Below are positions 44,196 to 44,291 of a stretch of DNA of 44,291 bases, one piece after another; the stretch's first letter is position 1; every line of letters starts with the position of its first letter. The notes below the pieces were generated by a model that did not search any database, was not told the DNA's origin, and saw only the letters and a list, made by a program, of their open reading frames with translations. The position numbers and the translations under genes were made by a program. The stretch is from a virus (lineage: Duplodnaviria; Caudoviricetes). The stretch is from positions 1-44,291 of the IMG/VR virus record IMGVR_UViG_3300012952_000032, one strand, 5' to 3'.

Positions 44196-44291
44196 ATGAC
44201 CGATACAATTGACACAGACACAGGCGAAGTTATCGAGAAGCCTAAGAAGAAGAAGAAAAAGAACAGCAAGAAAAAGCCCGCGCCAATCAAC
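44196..44291 (+). CDS. Hypothetical protein, 3'-truncated by window edge
   Basis: AAGGAG SD; MTDTIDTDTGEVIEKPKKKKKK... is open to the end. Confidence 0.6.
   Translation, partial: MTDTIDTDTGEVIEKPKKKKKKNSKKKPAPIN

Noticed and set aside
1-44291. Absence of a DNA polymerase as a biological feature
   Set aside because: The genome is truncated at both window edges, so absence cannot be concluded; the same caveat applies to the missing pqqB-E

Overview
Most of the genome of a temperate, podovirus-like tailed phage, probably marine and infecting a Proteobacterium (both inferred). The window starts inside a primase/helicase gene and ends inside an early gene. The plus strand (1-7810) carries replication, recombination and regulatory genes: SF3-type helicase, PD-(D/E)XK nuclease, SNF2 helicase, VRR-NUC, two XRE HTH proteins and an excisionase-like HTH. 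These converge on a minus-strand tyrosine integrase, which has an intact attP containing the 3' half of a tRNA-Asn(GTT) just upstream of it. A long minus-strand late block (9258-42296) encodes TerS, TerL, a P22-like portal, scaffold, an N4-gp56-like major capsid protein, adaptors, internal virion proteins, holin, endolysin and a modular tail-fibre cassette. A repeat-rich origin/terminus-like region and small early genes follow on the plus strand. The main find, missing from the ORF track, is a 23-aa PQQ precursor gene (pqqA, 34057-34128) right behind the capsid gene, with no other pqq genes in the window. Other finds are a genome-wide ATTAG-N5-CTAAT palindrome in fixed register inside sigma70-like promoters, a multi-hairpin ~215-nt capsid leader, a pseudoknotted intergenic RNA candidate and several unannotated micro-ORFs. 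All family calls come from motif recognition by eye; no searches were run.
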